From an uncultured Solirubrobacterales bacterium (lineage in GTDB: Bacteria; Actinomycetota; Thermoleophilia; Solirubrobacterales; 70-9), in assembly GCA_963793415.1 (NCBI GenBank), contig CAWCAC010000002.1, positions 2,233,881-2,297,880 on the forward strand: 64,000 nucleotides of DNA, read 5' to 3'. Below, piece after piece: positions 1 through 9,488 of the stretch (the stretch's first letter is position 1; each line of letters opens with the position of its first letter). Made by a program: the position numbers and the translations under genes. The notes beneath the pieces are model-generated. The model did no database searches. It worked only from the letters and a program-made list of their open reading frames with translations, and was not told the DNA's origin.

Positions 1-1431
1 AACAAGGGGATCGTCGGCCACCTCAAGGAGCTGCAGTCGATCGCGGCGGCCAATGGCGGCAACCGCGCGTCGGGCACCAGCGGCTACGACGAGTCGGTCG
101 ACTACGTCAGCGAGGAGCTGAAGGGGTACGGCTGGAAGGTGAGCGTGAGGCCGTTCGACTACGTCGCCTACACACAGAACGCACCCTCGACCTTCGAGCG
201 CACGGCGCCCGACCCGACCACCTACACCGAGGGCACCGACTACTCGACGATGGAGTACTCGGGCGCCGGCGACGTGAACGCCGAGCTCGTCGCCGTCGAC
301 CTGACGCTGCCGCCGTCGCCGGATCCCGGCTCGACGAGCGGCTGTGAGGCGACTGACTTCGACGCTGTCGACGTCACCGGCAAGATCGCGCTGATGCAGC
401 GCGGCACCTGTGACTTCGGAGTCAAGGTCGCGAACGCCGAAGACGCCGGTGCAGTCGGCTCGGTGATCTTCAACGAGGGCCAGGAGGGGCGCACCGACGT
501 CGTCTTCGGCACCCTCGGATCACCGGTCGGGATTCCCGCGATCGACACCGACTTCGCGCTCGGCAACGAACTGGCGGACGGCGTCGTCAACGGGCCGACC
601 GGGACCTCGGTCCACATCGTCACCGACACGACGTCGGAGCCGGGAACGACCGAGAACGTGATCGCTGAGACGAAGGCCGGTGACAAGGCCAACGTGGTCA
701 TGGCCGGCGCCCACCTCGACAGCGTCGACGAGGGCCCCGGGATCAACGACAACGGCTCGGGCTCGGCGACGCTGCTCGAGCTCGCCCGCCAGATCAGCAA
801 GAAGGGTGTCAAGCCGAAGAACAAGATCCGCTTCGCCTGGTGGGGCGCCGAGGAGGCGGGGCTCCTGGGCTCGACCCAGTACGTGGCCGAGCTGACCGAG
901 GCTCAGTACGAGCGCATCGCGCTGTACCTGAACTTCGACATGATCGGCTCACCGAACTACGCGCGGCTGATCTACGACGGCAATGCCTCCAAGTTCGAGG
1001 CCGACCCGCCCGCGGGCTCGGGGGCGATCGAGCGCACGTTCGCCCGCTACTTCTCGAGCCAGGACCTCGAGAGCGGGCAGACGGCATTCGACGGGCGCTC
1101 CGACTACGGGCCGTTCATCGACGTCGGGATCCCCTCCGGAGGCTTGTTCACGGGCGCCGAGGAGATCAAGACGGCCGCCGAACAGGCCGCATACGGCGGC
1201 ACCGAGGGCGAGGCCTTCGACGCCTGTTACCACAAGGCGTGCGACGACCTCGACAACGTCAATCGGCGGGGGCTGAGGGAGATGTCCGACGCGGTCGCCG
1301 ACGCGGTCGCGGTCTACTCGCAGAAGCTCAAGTTCATTCCGCGTCCGAAGACGGACACGGCCCGTGAGCTCCGCAAGGTGAAGCGGACCGGCTCCGCGAG
1401 CGAGTACCTCGGGGACGCGCTGCGCAAGTAG
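1..1431 (+). CDS. M28 family aminopeptidase with PA-domain insert (5' end outside window)
   Basis: Frame 1 is open from base 1 (NKGIVGHLKELQSIAAANGGNRASGTSGYDESV...) into listed ORF 139..1431. M28 Zn-ligand-type motifs are present: MAGAHLDSVDEGPGINDNGSGSA, FAWWGAEEAGLLGS, NFDMIGSPN. Confidence 0.85.
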   Translation, partial: NKGIVGHLKELQSIAAANGGNRASGTSGYDESVDYVSEELKGYGWKVSVRPFDYVAYTQNAPSTFERTAPDPTTYTEGTDYSTMEYSGAGDVNAELVAVDLTLPPSPDPGSTSGCEATDFDAVDVTGKIALMQRGTCDFGVKVANAEDAGAVGSVIFNEGQEGRTDVVFGTLGSPVGIPAIDTDFALGNELADGVVNGPTGTSVHIVTDTTSEPGTTENVIAETKAGDKANVVMAGAHLDSVDEGPGINDNGSGSATLLELARQISKKGVKPKNKIRFAWWGAEEAGLLGSTQYVAELTEAQYERIALYLNFDMIGSPNYARLIYDGNASKFEADPPAGSGAIERTFARYFSSQDLESGQTAFDGRSDYGPFIDVGIPSGGLFTGAEEIKTAAEQAAYGGTEGEAFDACYHKACDDLDNVNRRGLREMSDAVADAVAVYSQKLKFIPRPKTDTARELRKVKRTGSASEYLGDALRK

Positions 1432-1463
1432 CCGGCCCCGAGCCGCAAGAGAACGCCCTGAGC

Positions 1464-1491
1464 CCGGGTCCCGCCGTCGCGCGGGACCCGG
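1464..1491. terminator. GC-rich hairpin 33 nt downstream of the aminopeptidase stop
   Basis: CCGGGTCCCGC-cgtcgc-GCGGGACCCGG: perfect 11-bp stem with a 6-nt loop. There is no U-tract. Confidence 0.4.
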
Positions 1492-1555
1492 CCGTTGAGC
1501 GCCCGCCGGGCTCCGCCCCCCGCCGGACGAGACCGAGTGAGAGACTCCTTGTCCG

Positions 1556-2329
1556 ATGGACCGCCCAACCCTCTGGCACATCGCGATCTCCCACTACAAC
1601 GAGAAGGCGCGTTGGGCGCTGGACTACAAGGGCGTCGAGCACGACCGGCGCGCGCCGCCGCCACCGAGTCACATGCCGACCGCCCTGTGGCTGACCCGGG
1701 GCCGCTCCTTCACCTTCCCCGTGCTCGTCCTCGACGGCACCGCGATCGGCGACTCGACCGCGATCATCGCCGCGCTGGAGGCGCGCTTCCCGGAGCCGCC
1801 GCTCTATCCCGCCGATCCGGCGCGGCGTCGTCGGGCGCTCGAGATCGAGGACTACTTCGACGAGAGCGTCGGCCCAGCCTCGCGCCAGCTCGCCTTCCAC
1901 GAGATGCGACAGCGGCCCGAGCTGATCGCCGAGGTCGCCGGCGAGATGCTCCCCGGGCGCCTCTCCGAGAACGAGACGGCCGGCCGGATCGCAGGTCGCG
2001 GCGCCGCCGCGTTCACAGCCGTTCGCTACCGGACCGCCGACGACGACGCCGCCGAGCGGGCACGTGCTGCGATCCTCGCCGGCTTCGACCGGCTCGAGCA
2101 GGAGATGGGGGTCGATCCAGGCGACTACCTCGTCGGTGGCAGCTTCTCGGTCGCCGACCTCGGGGCCGCCTCGATGCTGCTGCCGATCGTGCTGCCGCCG
2201 GAGGGCCCGAAGCTGCCGCCCCCTCCCCCGCGCTACGCCGAGTTCCGCGAGTCGCTCTCGGACCGTCCGGGCTATCAGTGGGTGGCCGAGATGTTCCGGC
2301 GTCATCGGCGGGACGCCCGCCGGCCGTAA
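1556..2329 (+). CDS. glutathione S-transferase family protein
   Basis: 257-aa ORF. N-terminal thioredoxin-like GST pattern (LWHIAISHYNEKARWALDYKGVEH ... PVLVLDGTAIGDSTAII) followed by an alpha-helical C-terminal half. Confidence 0.75.
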   Translation: MDRPTLWHIAISHYNEKARWALDYKGVEHDRRAPPPPSHMPTALWLTRGRSFTFPVLVLDGTAIGDSTAIIAALEARFPEPPLYPADPARRRRALEIEDYFDESVGPASRQLAFHEMRQRPELIAEVAGEMLPGRLSENETAGRIAGRGAAAFTAVRYRTADDDAAERARAAILAGFDRLEQEMGVDPGDYLVGGSFSVADLGAASMLLPIVLPPEGPKLPPPPPRYAEFRESLSDRPGYQWVAEMFRRHRRDARRP

Positions 2330-2372
2330 GCCTGAGCTCCGCCCCGCGCGGCTCCGGGCGACAGGCGGTTGC

Positions 2373-2612
2373 CTAGGGAACCTGGTTGCGCATCCGCTTG
2401 CGCTGCTCGGCGTCGGCCTTGTGGGGAAGCGTCTCCCCCGGCCTCCGCGGCGCGGCACCGGCGAAGATCGCGACGGCGATCCCGATCAGGATGCCGGTCA
2501 AGGCGAGCTGGGTCGGCGTCGAGGTGTCGGTGGCCCAGATCGCAGCGATCAGGAGCAACAGGGCAAGCGCTCCACCGACGACGATCACGGTGTTGGTCGG
2601 GCTCGTTCTCAT
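2373..2612 (-). CDS. small membrane protein, two predicted TM helices
   Basis: 79-aa ORF with two hydrophobic stretches (VIVVGGALALLLLIAAIWA; LTGILIGIAVAIFAGA) and a basic C-terminal tail. Confidence 0.45.
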   Translation of the reverse strand: MRTSPTNTVIVVGGALALLLLIAAIWATDTSTPTQLALTGILIGIAVAIFAGAAPRRPGETLPHKADAEQRKRMRNQVP

Positions 2613-2643
2613 GTCATCAGGGTACGGGACGCCGCACCCGTGG

Positions 2644-3504
2644 TCATCGACTGAAGCCGAGGATCAGCTCCGCCGTCTCGGCCGGGACGTCGAGTTGCGG
2701 GCAGTGGCCGATCCCCTCGAGCTCGACCCACTCCGCAGCCGGGATCCACTTGTGGAAGCGGGCGGCGGCCGACGGGTAGGGCAGGACCAGGTCGGCGGTG
2801 CCCCAGACGAAGCGGACGGGACAGGTGACCTGCTCGCCGTCGAGGTCCCAGCCCGCCTCGAGCGCGTAGTCGAGCAGCGCCACCGCTGCGTCACAGCGCG
2901 CGGCGCCGACGAGGACATGTGCAACCAGCTCGGGCGGGATGTGCTCGTAGTTGGTCGTGAAGGCGGCGGTCGCCTGACGGCGGCCCTCGGGCGTGGCGAC
3001 GATCGCGTCGACGTGGGGAGCGGCGGCCTTGACCATCGCCAGCATCTGTACGAAGTACTCGCGGGCGCCGGCGAAGCCGGGGCTGCCGTCGGCCCAGCCT
3101 CCCGCCGGCGCCAGGGCGACGACCGAGCGCGCCCTCCCCCGCTCCGCCAGCTTCAGCGACAGGAACCCCCCGAGCGAGTTGCCGACGATGTGCGCGGTCT
3201 CGAAGCCGGCATCGTCCATCGCGCGCTCGAGCGCGTCGACGAGCGCGTCCTCGCTCGCCTCACCCTCGATCACCGGGCCGCCGGCGTGGCCGGCGAGGGT
3301 CGGTGCGAGCACGTCGTGCTCGGCCTCCAGCGCCGGCAGGACCAGCTCCCACGTCCGCCAGGTGTCGGTGAACCCGTGGACGCAGAGCAGCGGCGTGCCG
3401 GATCCCCCGCGATGGCTTGACGTGAACTCCGCGATGAGCTGATTCTGACGAGCCGGGCCGGTGCCCGTTCTCACCCCGCTCATCCCTTCGGGGTGATGAC
3501 GCAC
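2644..3504 (-). CDS. alpha/beta hydrolase
   Basis: 286 aa. HGFTDTW oxyanion-region motif and GNSLGG nucleophile elbow (GxSxG), with a late GHCPQ His motif. The start could instead be MSGVRT at 3483. Confidence 0.8.
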   Translation of the reverse strand: MRHHPEGMSGVRTGTGPARQNQLIAEFTSSHRGGSGTPLLCVHGFTDTWRTWELVLPALEAEHDVLAPTLAGHAGGPVIEGEASEDALVDALERAMDDAGFETAHIVGNSLGGFLSLKLAERGRARSVVALAPAGGWADGSPGFAGAREYFVQMLAMVKAAAPHVDAIVATPEGRRQATAAFTTNYEHIPPELVAHVLVGAARCDAAVALLDYALEAGWDLDGEQVTCPVRFVWGTADLVLPYPSAAARFHKWIPAAEWVELEGIGHCPQLDVPAETAELILGFSR

Positions 3505-3564
3505 GACGGCGATCGGCTCAGACTCGGGCCGACCAACGATCCCACCCCGAGCAAAGGAACCGAC

Positions 3565-3897
3565 ATGGCCGACGACACCCCCGTTCTCGACCTCCTGGCC
3601 GGCATGACCGCCGAGTCGATGGAGGTCTCGAGCCTCGACGACGAGCGCCTGATGCTGGTCCGCATCGCCGCCCTGATCGCGATCGACGCACCGCCCGCCT
3701 CATACCTGCTGAACCTGAGCGCGGCCGGCGACGCAGGCGTCGACGAGGAGGAGCTGCGCGGCGTCATCGCCGCCGTCGCTCCGATCGTCGGCACGGCCCG
3801 CGTCGCTGCTGCGATCGGCAACATCGCCCGTGCCCTCGGCATCGCGATCGAACTCGAGGAGCTCGAGATCTTCGCCGCCGAGGAGTACTCGCAGTAG
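3565..3897 (+). CDS. carboxymuconolactone decarboxylase (AhpD-like) family protein
   Basis: ATG at 3565 is preceded by AAGGA 8 nt upstream. The helical pattern (LDDERLMLVRIAALIAIDAPPASY ... EELRGVIAAVAPIVGTARV) is typical of the CMD family. The listed ORF starts earlier at 3493. Confidence 0.55.
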   Translation: MADDTPVLDLLAGMTAESMEVSSLDDERLMLVRIAALIAIDAPPASYLLNLSAAGDAGVDEEELRGVIAAVAPIVGTARVAAAIGNIARALGIAIELEELEIFAAEEYSQ

Positions 3898-3956
3898 GAG
3901 GCCGCCCACCGCCGGCGCCGCCGATCTCGGCGCCGGCGGGCGGACAGCTCCCGGAC

Positions 3957-4208
3957 TCAGAGCGCCTCGACGACCGCCTTCGCCTCGTCCAGGCCGGAGC
4001 CGGTCAGCTCACGGTGCTTCATGATCGCGGCCATCCGGTCGCCGGAGCGAGCCAGCTCGACCACCTCCGCGGGCGCTCCCGCCGCCGGCGTCTCGAACGG
4101 CACGCCGGCTTTCTCGGAGAGCAGCGCGAGCTGACCCTCGATCCGCTGCAGGCGCTTGAAGATCTGATCGACGTAGGAGGAGAGCTGAAGCTCGTTGTAG
4201 GCGCTCAT
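3957..4208 (-). CDS. hypothetical protein with ribosomal bL12 C-terminal-like helix motif
   Basis: 83 aa. The C-terminus MAAIMKHRELTGSGLDEAKAVVEAL resembles the bL12 CTD consensus (..IK.vRe.TGLGLKEAKd.VE). It lies 10 nt downstream of the preceding gene. Confidence 0.5.
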   Translation of the reverse strand: MSAYNELQLSSYVDQIFKRLQRIEGQLALLSEKAGVPFETPAAGAPAEVVELARSGDRMAAIMKHRELTGSGLDEAKAVVEAL

Positions 4209-4218
4209 TCCGTCGCGC

Positions 4219-4575
4219 CTACTTGCCCCAGAGCATGACCGAGTTCGGGTCGTCGGGGTCGACCTTGACCATGACGTCCTCGCCGGCGCTGAACGGAGCG
4301 GAGGGGTAGATGTACTGGTTCATCGTCACCGCGTAGGGCTCGCCCGCGGGCGGCTTGACGGTGAGCTCGATCACGTTCTCGCTGCCGCCGGGGGTGTCGG
4401 CCTTGCCGGTCGGGGTCATCGTGTCGATGTGGGCCGGCGTGTCGACGCCTACCTTCATCAGCTTCTGCGCCTTGTTGGCGAGCGACATCTGGCCAGCGTC
4501 GGCGCCGATCCCCACCTTGCTGGTCTGCGCCTGGGCCGACTCGGCGGCCTTCTTCATCTTGTCCATGAACCCCAT
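4219..4575 (-). CDS. hypothetical protein
   Basis: 118-aa ORF with good G/C third-position bias, co-oriented with and adjacent to 3957..4208. Confidence 0.55.
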   Translation of the reverse strand: MGFMDKMKKAAESAQAQTSKVGIGADAGQMSLANKAQKLMKVGVDTPAHIDTMTPTGKADTPGGSENVIELTVKPPAGEPYAVTMNQYIYPSAPFSAGEDVMVKVDPDDPNSVMLWGK

Positions 4576-4664
4576 CGCGCACTCCTCCTGACCTAGAACA
4601 ACGCGGCCACTCTATTCCTGTCACAGCTGCGACCACTTCCGATTCGGCCTCCGGTTCTGCCACA

Positions 4665-5201
4665 GTGTTCGAGGTGAGGAGGAATCAGCCACCGGCCGCC
4701 GCCGACCCGCGCATCTCGGCCCGGCTGATGCAGCTCGGCTATCTGCTGGGCGGCATCGGCATCGCGATCGGATTCGGGAGGCTCGCGGACGGAGGCGCGG
4801 AGGCGATCGAGCCCGTCGCCCTGCTCGCGGTCGGCGCCCTCGGCATCGTCTCCTTCCTCCGCCACTCCGTCTTCCACCGCTCAGACGCAGTGCGCATGCA
4901 GTGGGAGAGCGAACGGCGCAACAACTTCCAGATCGAGGTCGGCATTGCGAACCTCGCCTGGGGCCTGGTCGCAATCGCAGCCGTCGTCTGGGATTGGGGC
5001 GTGCCGACCCTGGCGGCGCTGACCGGGGTCTTCGGCCTCTACCTTCTGATGGCGGCAGCGGTGCTGTTCGACTCCTGGCGCCACCCCGAGGCGGGCCGCG
5101 GACGCTCGCTCGCCCCGACGCTGGCGACGGGGACGTTCGCCGTCCTGCTGATCTTCTTCGCGATCTCCGCCCTGAGCGATGCCGGCGTCGACCCGTTCTG
5201 A
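4665..5201 (+). CDS. integral membrane protein (about 5 TM helices)
   Basis: 178 aa with repeated hydrophobic helices (LGYLLGGIGIAIGF, VALLAVGALGIVSFL, LAWGLVAIAAVVW, FGLYLLMAAAVLF, FAVLLIFFAISAL). The start codon is uncertain. Confidence 0.55.
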   Translation: MFEVRRNQPPAAADPRISARLMQLGYLLGGIGIAIGFGRLADGGAEAIEPVALLAVGALGIVSFLRHSVFHRSDAVRMQWESERRNNFQIEVGIANLAWGLVAIAAVVWDWGVPTLAALTGVFGLYLLMAAAVLFDSWRHPEAGRGRSLAPTLATGTFAVLLIFFAISALSDAGVDPF

Positions 5202-5479
5202 CCCCCTACCCTGTCTCGGGCGACGGGCTCTTTCACTCCCGTCGCCACGGGGTCGGTCGTTCCAGCGACGCGGCCCCATTTTCGTGGCGAGGTGTTCACC
5301 CGCGGCAGATTTCGCAGCCGTCGAGAACGCGACCACCGGACCAGCCCGGCATCCCACCGAGGCAGAGCGCGCCCGCGACCCGGGCAGGCGTACTCTGCTC
5401 ACGTGGGGAAGCAAGCTCTAGTCCGGTGTGCCGTGGCCCTGACGGTCGCGGCGACCGTCGCAGGCTTGGCGACCTGAAA

Positions 5480-5509
5480 TGGGCCGGGCCGGATTGGACT
5501 CGAACCAAC
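5480..5509 (-). other. tRNA 3'-end-like fragment (acceptor 3' strand plus T-arm), possible old att remnant
   Basis: TGGGCCGG(gccgg)ATTGGACTCGAACCAAC parallels the 3' ends at 16508 and 11087 (TGGGCCGG..TGGACTCGAACCA..) in the same orientation. Similarity stops after the T-arm. Confidence 0.4.
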
Positions 5510-5517
5510 GTGCGGCC

Positions 5518-6501
5518 TCACCCCGTGGCACCCCGGATCCCAACGATGGTTTTCCCTTGCGTGTGCCGCTCGCCCACGTGGTCCAAAGCCTCGGCGCTCC
5601 GTCCCAGCGAGTACTTCTTGTCAACCACAGGGCGTACTTCCCGAGCTTCAACCAACTCCCGCAGGGCAGTCAGGTCGTCCTTCTCGGTCCCCGCAAAGAA
5701 TGGCTTCAGGTGCTGACGGACAAATGGCGACAGGGCCGTCGCTCTGAGGGTCCGGCCGAAGCCCATGGACCAGCTCCCGCCCGATCCCCCGACGATGACC
5801 AGCGTGCCCTTCGGAAGCAGGGCCCGACGAAGATCCGCGATCGAACGGTTTCCGGCGAGATCGAGAATCAGGTCATAGCGGCTGCCGTGCCGGTCGATGT
5901 TCTCACGGGTGTAGTCGATGACGTGATCAGCGCCGAGGGATCGGACCAGTTCGACGTTCCTCGTGCTGCAGACGCCGGTCACCTCCGAACCGAGCGCTTT
6001 TGCGATCTGCACCGCAAAGGTTCCTACGGCCCCCGACGCCCCGATCACCGCCGTGTGCTGGGATGGCTGGACCTGCCCCGCGTCCCGCAGAGCCTGAAGC
6101 GCGGCCGAGGCCGAAACGGGAATGGCCGCCGCCTGCTCGAAGGTCGTAGTTGTCGGCTTCGGGCTGATCCTGTCTTGCGGAACGGCGACGTACTCGGCCA
6201 GTGCTCCGCTGCACCAGCCGAAGACCTCCTCACCGGGATGAAACTCGGTGACACTGCCGCCAACAGACTCGACACGACCCGCCATTTCGAGACCAACGAT
6301 CCGTGCCTTGGGACGCCGCAACCCGTAGCTGGGCCGAGCGATCAACGGAAGCCCTCGCACCATCAACCAGTCACCGATGGCCACGCCGGCCGCCGCGACC
6401 TGAACGAGGACTTCATTCTCGGCCGGCACCGGTTTCTCGATCTCCTGAAGCTCGAGGACCTGACCGGGGGCACCGTAGGTCTCTTGAATGATCGCCTTCA
6501 T
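5518..6501 (-). CDS. NAD(P)-dependent quinone oxidoreductase / zinc-type alcohol dehydrogenase family (MDR)
   Basis: Starts MKAIIQETYGAPGQVLELQEIEKPVP. Has GASGAVGTFAVQIAKALG Rossmann motif and the typical MDR C-terminus (HTQGKTIV). Confidence 0.85.
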   Translation of the reverse strand: MKAIIQETYGAPGQVLELQEIEKPVPAENEVLVQVAAAGVAIGDWLMVRGLPLIARPSYGLRRPKARIVGLEMAGRVESVGGSVTEFHPGEEVFGWCSGALAEYVAVPQDRISPKPTTTTFEQAAAIPVSASAALQALRDAGQVQPSQHTAVIGASGAVGTFAVQIAKALGSEVTGVCSTRNVELVRSLGADHVIDYTRENIDRHGSRYDLILDLAGNRSIADLRRALLPKGTLVIVGGSGGSWSMGFGRTLRATALSPFVRQHLKPFFAGTEKDDLTALRELVEAREVRPVVDKKYSLGRSAEALDHVGERHTQGKTIVGIRGATG

Positions 6502-6930
6502 AGTGCTCCGCGGGATGGGGTGGGCACGACACCACAGCGTGCTGGGCCGCATGGCATCAGGAGCGGCTCATCGATCCGGGCGGTTGGTCGACCGGTACAG
6601 CGCACAGCCGAACAGCGACCCTACACAACCCGCACCGAGTCGATCCCGACGGCATTCAGACCGTCTTGGGAGGGAACTGGCTGCTGCTCCCACGCAAAAG
6701 CGGAGTCAGAGCACACGACGAGCCGCTCCTCCTCGGGGCGACAGAGGGGCCGCCACCGCATACTCGATGCCCCGGGTCGTGCGCGCGTCCCGGTCGCCTC
6801 GCATACCGCGACACCCTGCCACCAGGCCGCGTCCGGCTTGAGCGGCGAACTACCGTTTCGGGAGGCCTTCGGCGCTCCTATGCTCGATTAGATGCCGGCT
6901 TTGGACCGGCACATCCACACGGAGGTGGCT

Positions 6931-8349
6931 ATGTCGGTGCCGGGGCATCCTTGTCGGGGCAACTGCGGGACCGTCCAGAGGCAAGGTTCTCTGAGGCGCG
7001 TCGTGTGCGTGTCCCTGATCGTGGTCACGGCCGCCGCCCTACCCGCCGCCGTCTTGCCCGCCCCGGCAGACGCCAAGAGCGCAACGGTCAAGGGCGCCGT
7101 GGCCGGCATCAAGGTTCCGCGCCCCGGCAGTGGCGAGGCGTGGCTCCGCGCACTGAACGTCGACAGCGGGGCGCTGACCGGGTCGACGACGATCTCCCGC
7201 CGCGGCCGCTTCAAGATGTCCGTGCCGGCCGGGAAGGACGCACTCCTGGCTGCCTCGCTGCGTTTTCCGGGCGGATCCTTCGTCGACCGGCTCGTCGGAG
7301 CTGCGCGCCTCAAGGCGGGCAAGACGACGACACTCAGGCCGCCGGCCAGGCGCCCGAAGGCACGCGCCGGCCAGGGTCCGGTCCTCAGCGGTATCGGCGA
7401 CGTCTCGGTCGGCTACCCGGCCATCTGGGTGAAGCGCTTCGAGGTGACCGGCGGCGGACCGGACTTTGCGGTGCTCGACAAGGGCCTTGGGGCCTACATG
7501 ACCACTTCGCTCATCCCCGACGCGGATACCTGCGGGGCCGGCGGGCGCAAGTACGCGGTCGTCGAGCGCGAGCGCCTCAAGGACGTCCTCGCCGAGTTGC
7601 GGCGCTCCCAGAGCAAGTACTTCGACCCGGCGACCAAGCCCGCCCGTGGCAAGATCATCAAGGACAATGCCACCGTCACGGGCAAGCTGGTTGTGACTGC
7701 TGGCCAGGCCGCTTTGAGCGCCACGTACACCGAGACCGGTGGCTACACCGCCACGGTGACCGCGCGGGGTGCGGCGACCGAGCTCTTCGATCTGGCCGAC
7801 CGCCTTGCGGCGGCCATCATCGAGAAGATCTGCGAGCCCAGCCCGGCGCTCCCCACGGCCTTCGAGGGCACTGTCAGCGGATCGTTCAGCCAACCGTCCG
7901 ACAGCCCGTACCAGGTCACCCAGCAGTGGACGGGGACCGCGCGCTTCGCGCAGGCCGCCGGCGATCCAGGCAGCTACGAGCCGGTCGCCGGGACGCTCAC
8001 CTACTCGACCTCCGGCGGCGACGACAGCGGCTGCAGCTACAGCGGCACCGGCGTTGTCGCAATCGCCCCCGACACCGTGTTCGGCTCCCTCGGACTCGCG
8101 AGCACGACGTACTTCCTCGCCGGCTACTGGACCAACGACGAGGCCATCCAGCGGCCGACGTACCCGGTGACCGTCGCGTGCCCGGAGGGGACCACATCGG
8201 AGGTCATGCCAGTGCAGCTCAAATGGCTCGGGACGGACACGGCCGGCGAGCAGATCCCGGCGGACACCGGGACGCTGTCGGGCACGCGCACCGAAATCGC
8301 CCCCAACGGCGTGCAAACGGTGTGGACGTGGAACCTCATTGGCAAGTAG
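6931..8349 (+). CDS. secreted multidomain protein: signal peptide, beta-sandwich (CarboxypepD_reg-like), CsgG-like middle region, Cys-containing C-terminal domain
   Basis: GGAGG lies 5 nt before the ATG at 6931. Signal sequence VVCVSLIVVTAAALPAAVLPAPADA. The middle segment AIWVKRFEVTGGG...LGAYMTTSLI...YAVVERERLKDVLAELRRSQS follows the CsgG/LpoB-type pattern. Confidence 0.65.
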   Translation: MSVPGHPCRGNCGTVQRQGSLRRVVCVSLIVVTAAALPAAVLPAPADAKSATVKGAVAGIKVPRPGSGEAWLRALNVDSGALTGSTTISRRGRFKMSVPAGKDALLAASLRFPGGSFVDRLVGAARLKAGKTTTLRPPARRPKARAGQGPVLSGIGDVSVGYPAIWVKRFEVTGGGPDFAVLDKGLGAYMTTSLIPDADTCGAGGRKYAVVERERLKDVLAELRRSQSKYFDPATKPARGKIIKDNATVTGKLVVTAGQAALSATYTETGGYTATVTARGAATELFDLADRLAAAIIEKICEPSPALPTAFEGTVSGSFSQPSDSPYQVTQQWTGTARFAQAAGDPGSYEPVAGTLTYSTSGGDDSGCSYSGTGVVAIAPDTVFGSLGLASTTYFLAGYWTNDEAIQRPTYPVTVACPEGTTSEVMPVQLKWLGTDTAGEQIPADTGTLSGTRTEIAPNGVQTVWTWNLIGK

Positions 8350-8603
8350 GCCTGCGTCGACCGCATGACGTCCCGGGCCGCGGCGAACGAGCCGGCTGAA
8401 CCGCTGGCCCCGATCGACGGGATAAGCATCACCGCCCGCAGAACCCTGGGGATCTGGGCGCTGGTGATCGGGGCGATCAGGGTCAAGCTGGCACCCGACG
8501 CGATCAGACAGCGCCAGGCGGAATCCCGGAGTGGCTTCAGTGTCGCCCGACGACCGCTTCGTGGCTTGGTCGAACTGGTCGCCGAGGGCTAGCCGCTCGC
8601 CGC

Positions 8604-9302
8604 CTACGCGGCACCACGCGTCGATGCTCGATCGGCCCGTGGAGGCGTGCTTGGCTCACCGGTGCGCAGCAGGACGAACCCGACCCACACGAACCAGACG
8701 ATCAGGCCCAGCCCGAACACCGCCCCGACGTCCTCGAGAGCTGGGAGGACCGTCACGATTCCGGCCACTCCAGCGACCATGCCGAGGTAGTTGAGAGCGT
8801 TGGGGAGCGACCCGGCTCTCATCGCCGCCGTGCTGATCAGCAGAACCCAGAGGCCGCCGACGATTTCGTTGCCGCCGCCCAATCCGTTCTGAACGGAATC
8901 GATCGCCGACCAGACCGGCTCCGCCTGCACCGGATCGACGTCGTAGAGATCGGAGACGGTGCCGAGGCCGATGATCGCGATCATCCCCGAAGCGATGACT
9001 AGGCCGGCCCAGATGAAGCCGAAAACGCCGCCCGCCTCGGCCAGCATCGGAGATTCGTTCCGAAGGCGCTCGCGGAGGGTCAACACCAGCGGGACCAGCG
9101 CGACACCGAATCCGACATAGATGACCGCGTACCAGATACCCAGAGCGGTCTGGTGATCTACAAGGAAGGCCACCGACTCCGCGGGGTCGGGGTCACCGAT
9201 CGTGTAGTCCGAAAGTACCGTGGCGGCCATCACAAATCCAAAGACGAATGTCGCCGCCGCCGCCAAAGCCGCGTAGCCGCCGGTCCCATGTCTTCCCTGC
9301 AC
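8604..9302 (-). CDS. membrane protein (DUF4386-like)
   Basis: 232 aa with about 6 TM helices. Aromatic/Gly-rich helices (IWYAVIYVGFGVALVPLVL, GGVFGFIWAGLVIASGMIAIIG). The family assignment is tentative. Confidence 0.6.
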   Translation of the reverse strand: MQGRHGTGGYAALAAAATFVFGFVMAATVLSDYTIGDPDPAESVAFLVDHQTALGIWYAVIYVGFGVALVPLVLTLRERLRNESPMLAEAGGVFGFIWAGLVIASGMIAIIGLGTVSDLYDVDPVQAEPVWSAIDSVQNGLGGGNEIVGGLWVLLISTAAMRAGSLPNALNYLGMVAGVAGIVTVLPALEDVGAVFGLGLIVWFVWVGFVLLRTGEPSTPPRADRASTRGAA

Positions 9303-9488
9303 CTGCCAACCTCCTGAGCGAGCCGCCTACCCTGCGCAGCCTATCCAGGTTTACGCGATCAGCACCTGATGGGTTGGGGCTGGCCTTGACCCAACGCCGA
9401 CGGCGTGGTGTCGCGTCCTCCAGGCAATATGTTGCTCGAACAGTGAGGCAGTTCAGGTGAAGAACGGCCCGCTAGACCGAGCCGCCGC

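Noticed and set aside
8365-8592. 75-aa ORF (MTSRAAANEPAEPL...LGIWALVIGAI...) between the secreted protein and DUF4386-like genes
   Set aside because: It has reasonable G/C third-position bias and one hydrophobic stretch, so it may be real. There is no RBS, no family resemblance and no way to verify it here, so it is left unannotated.
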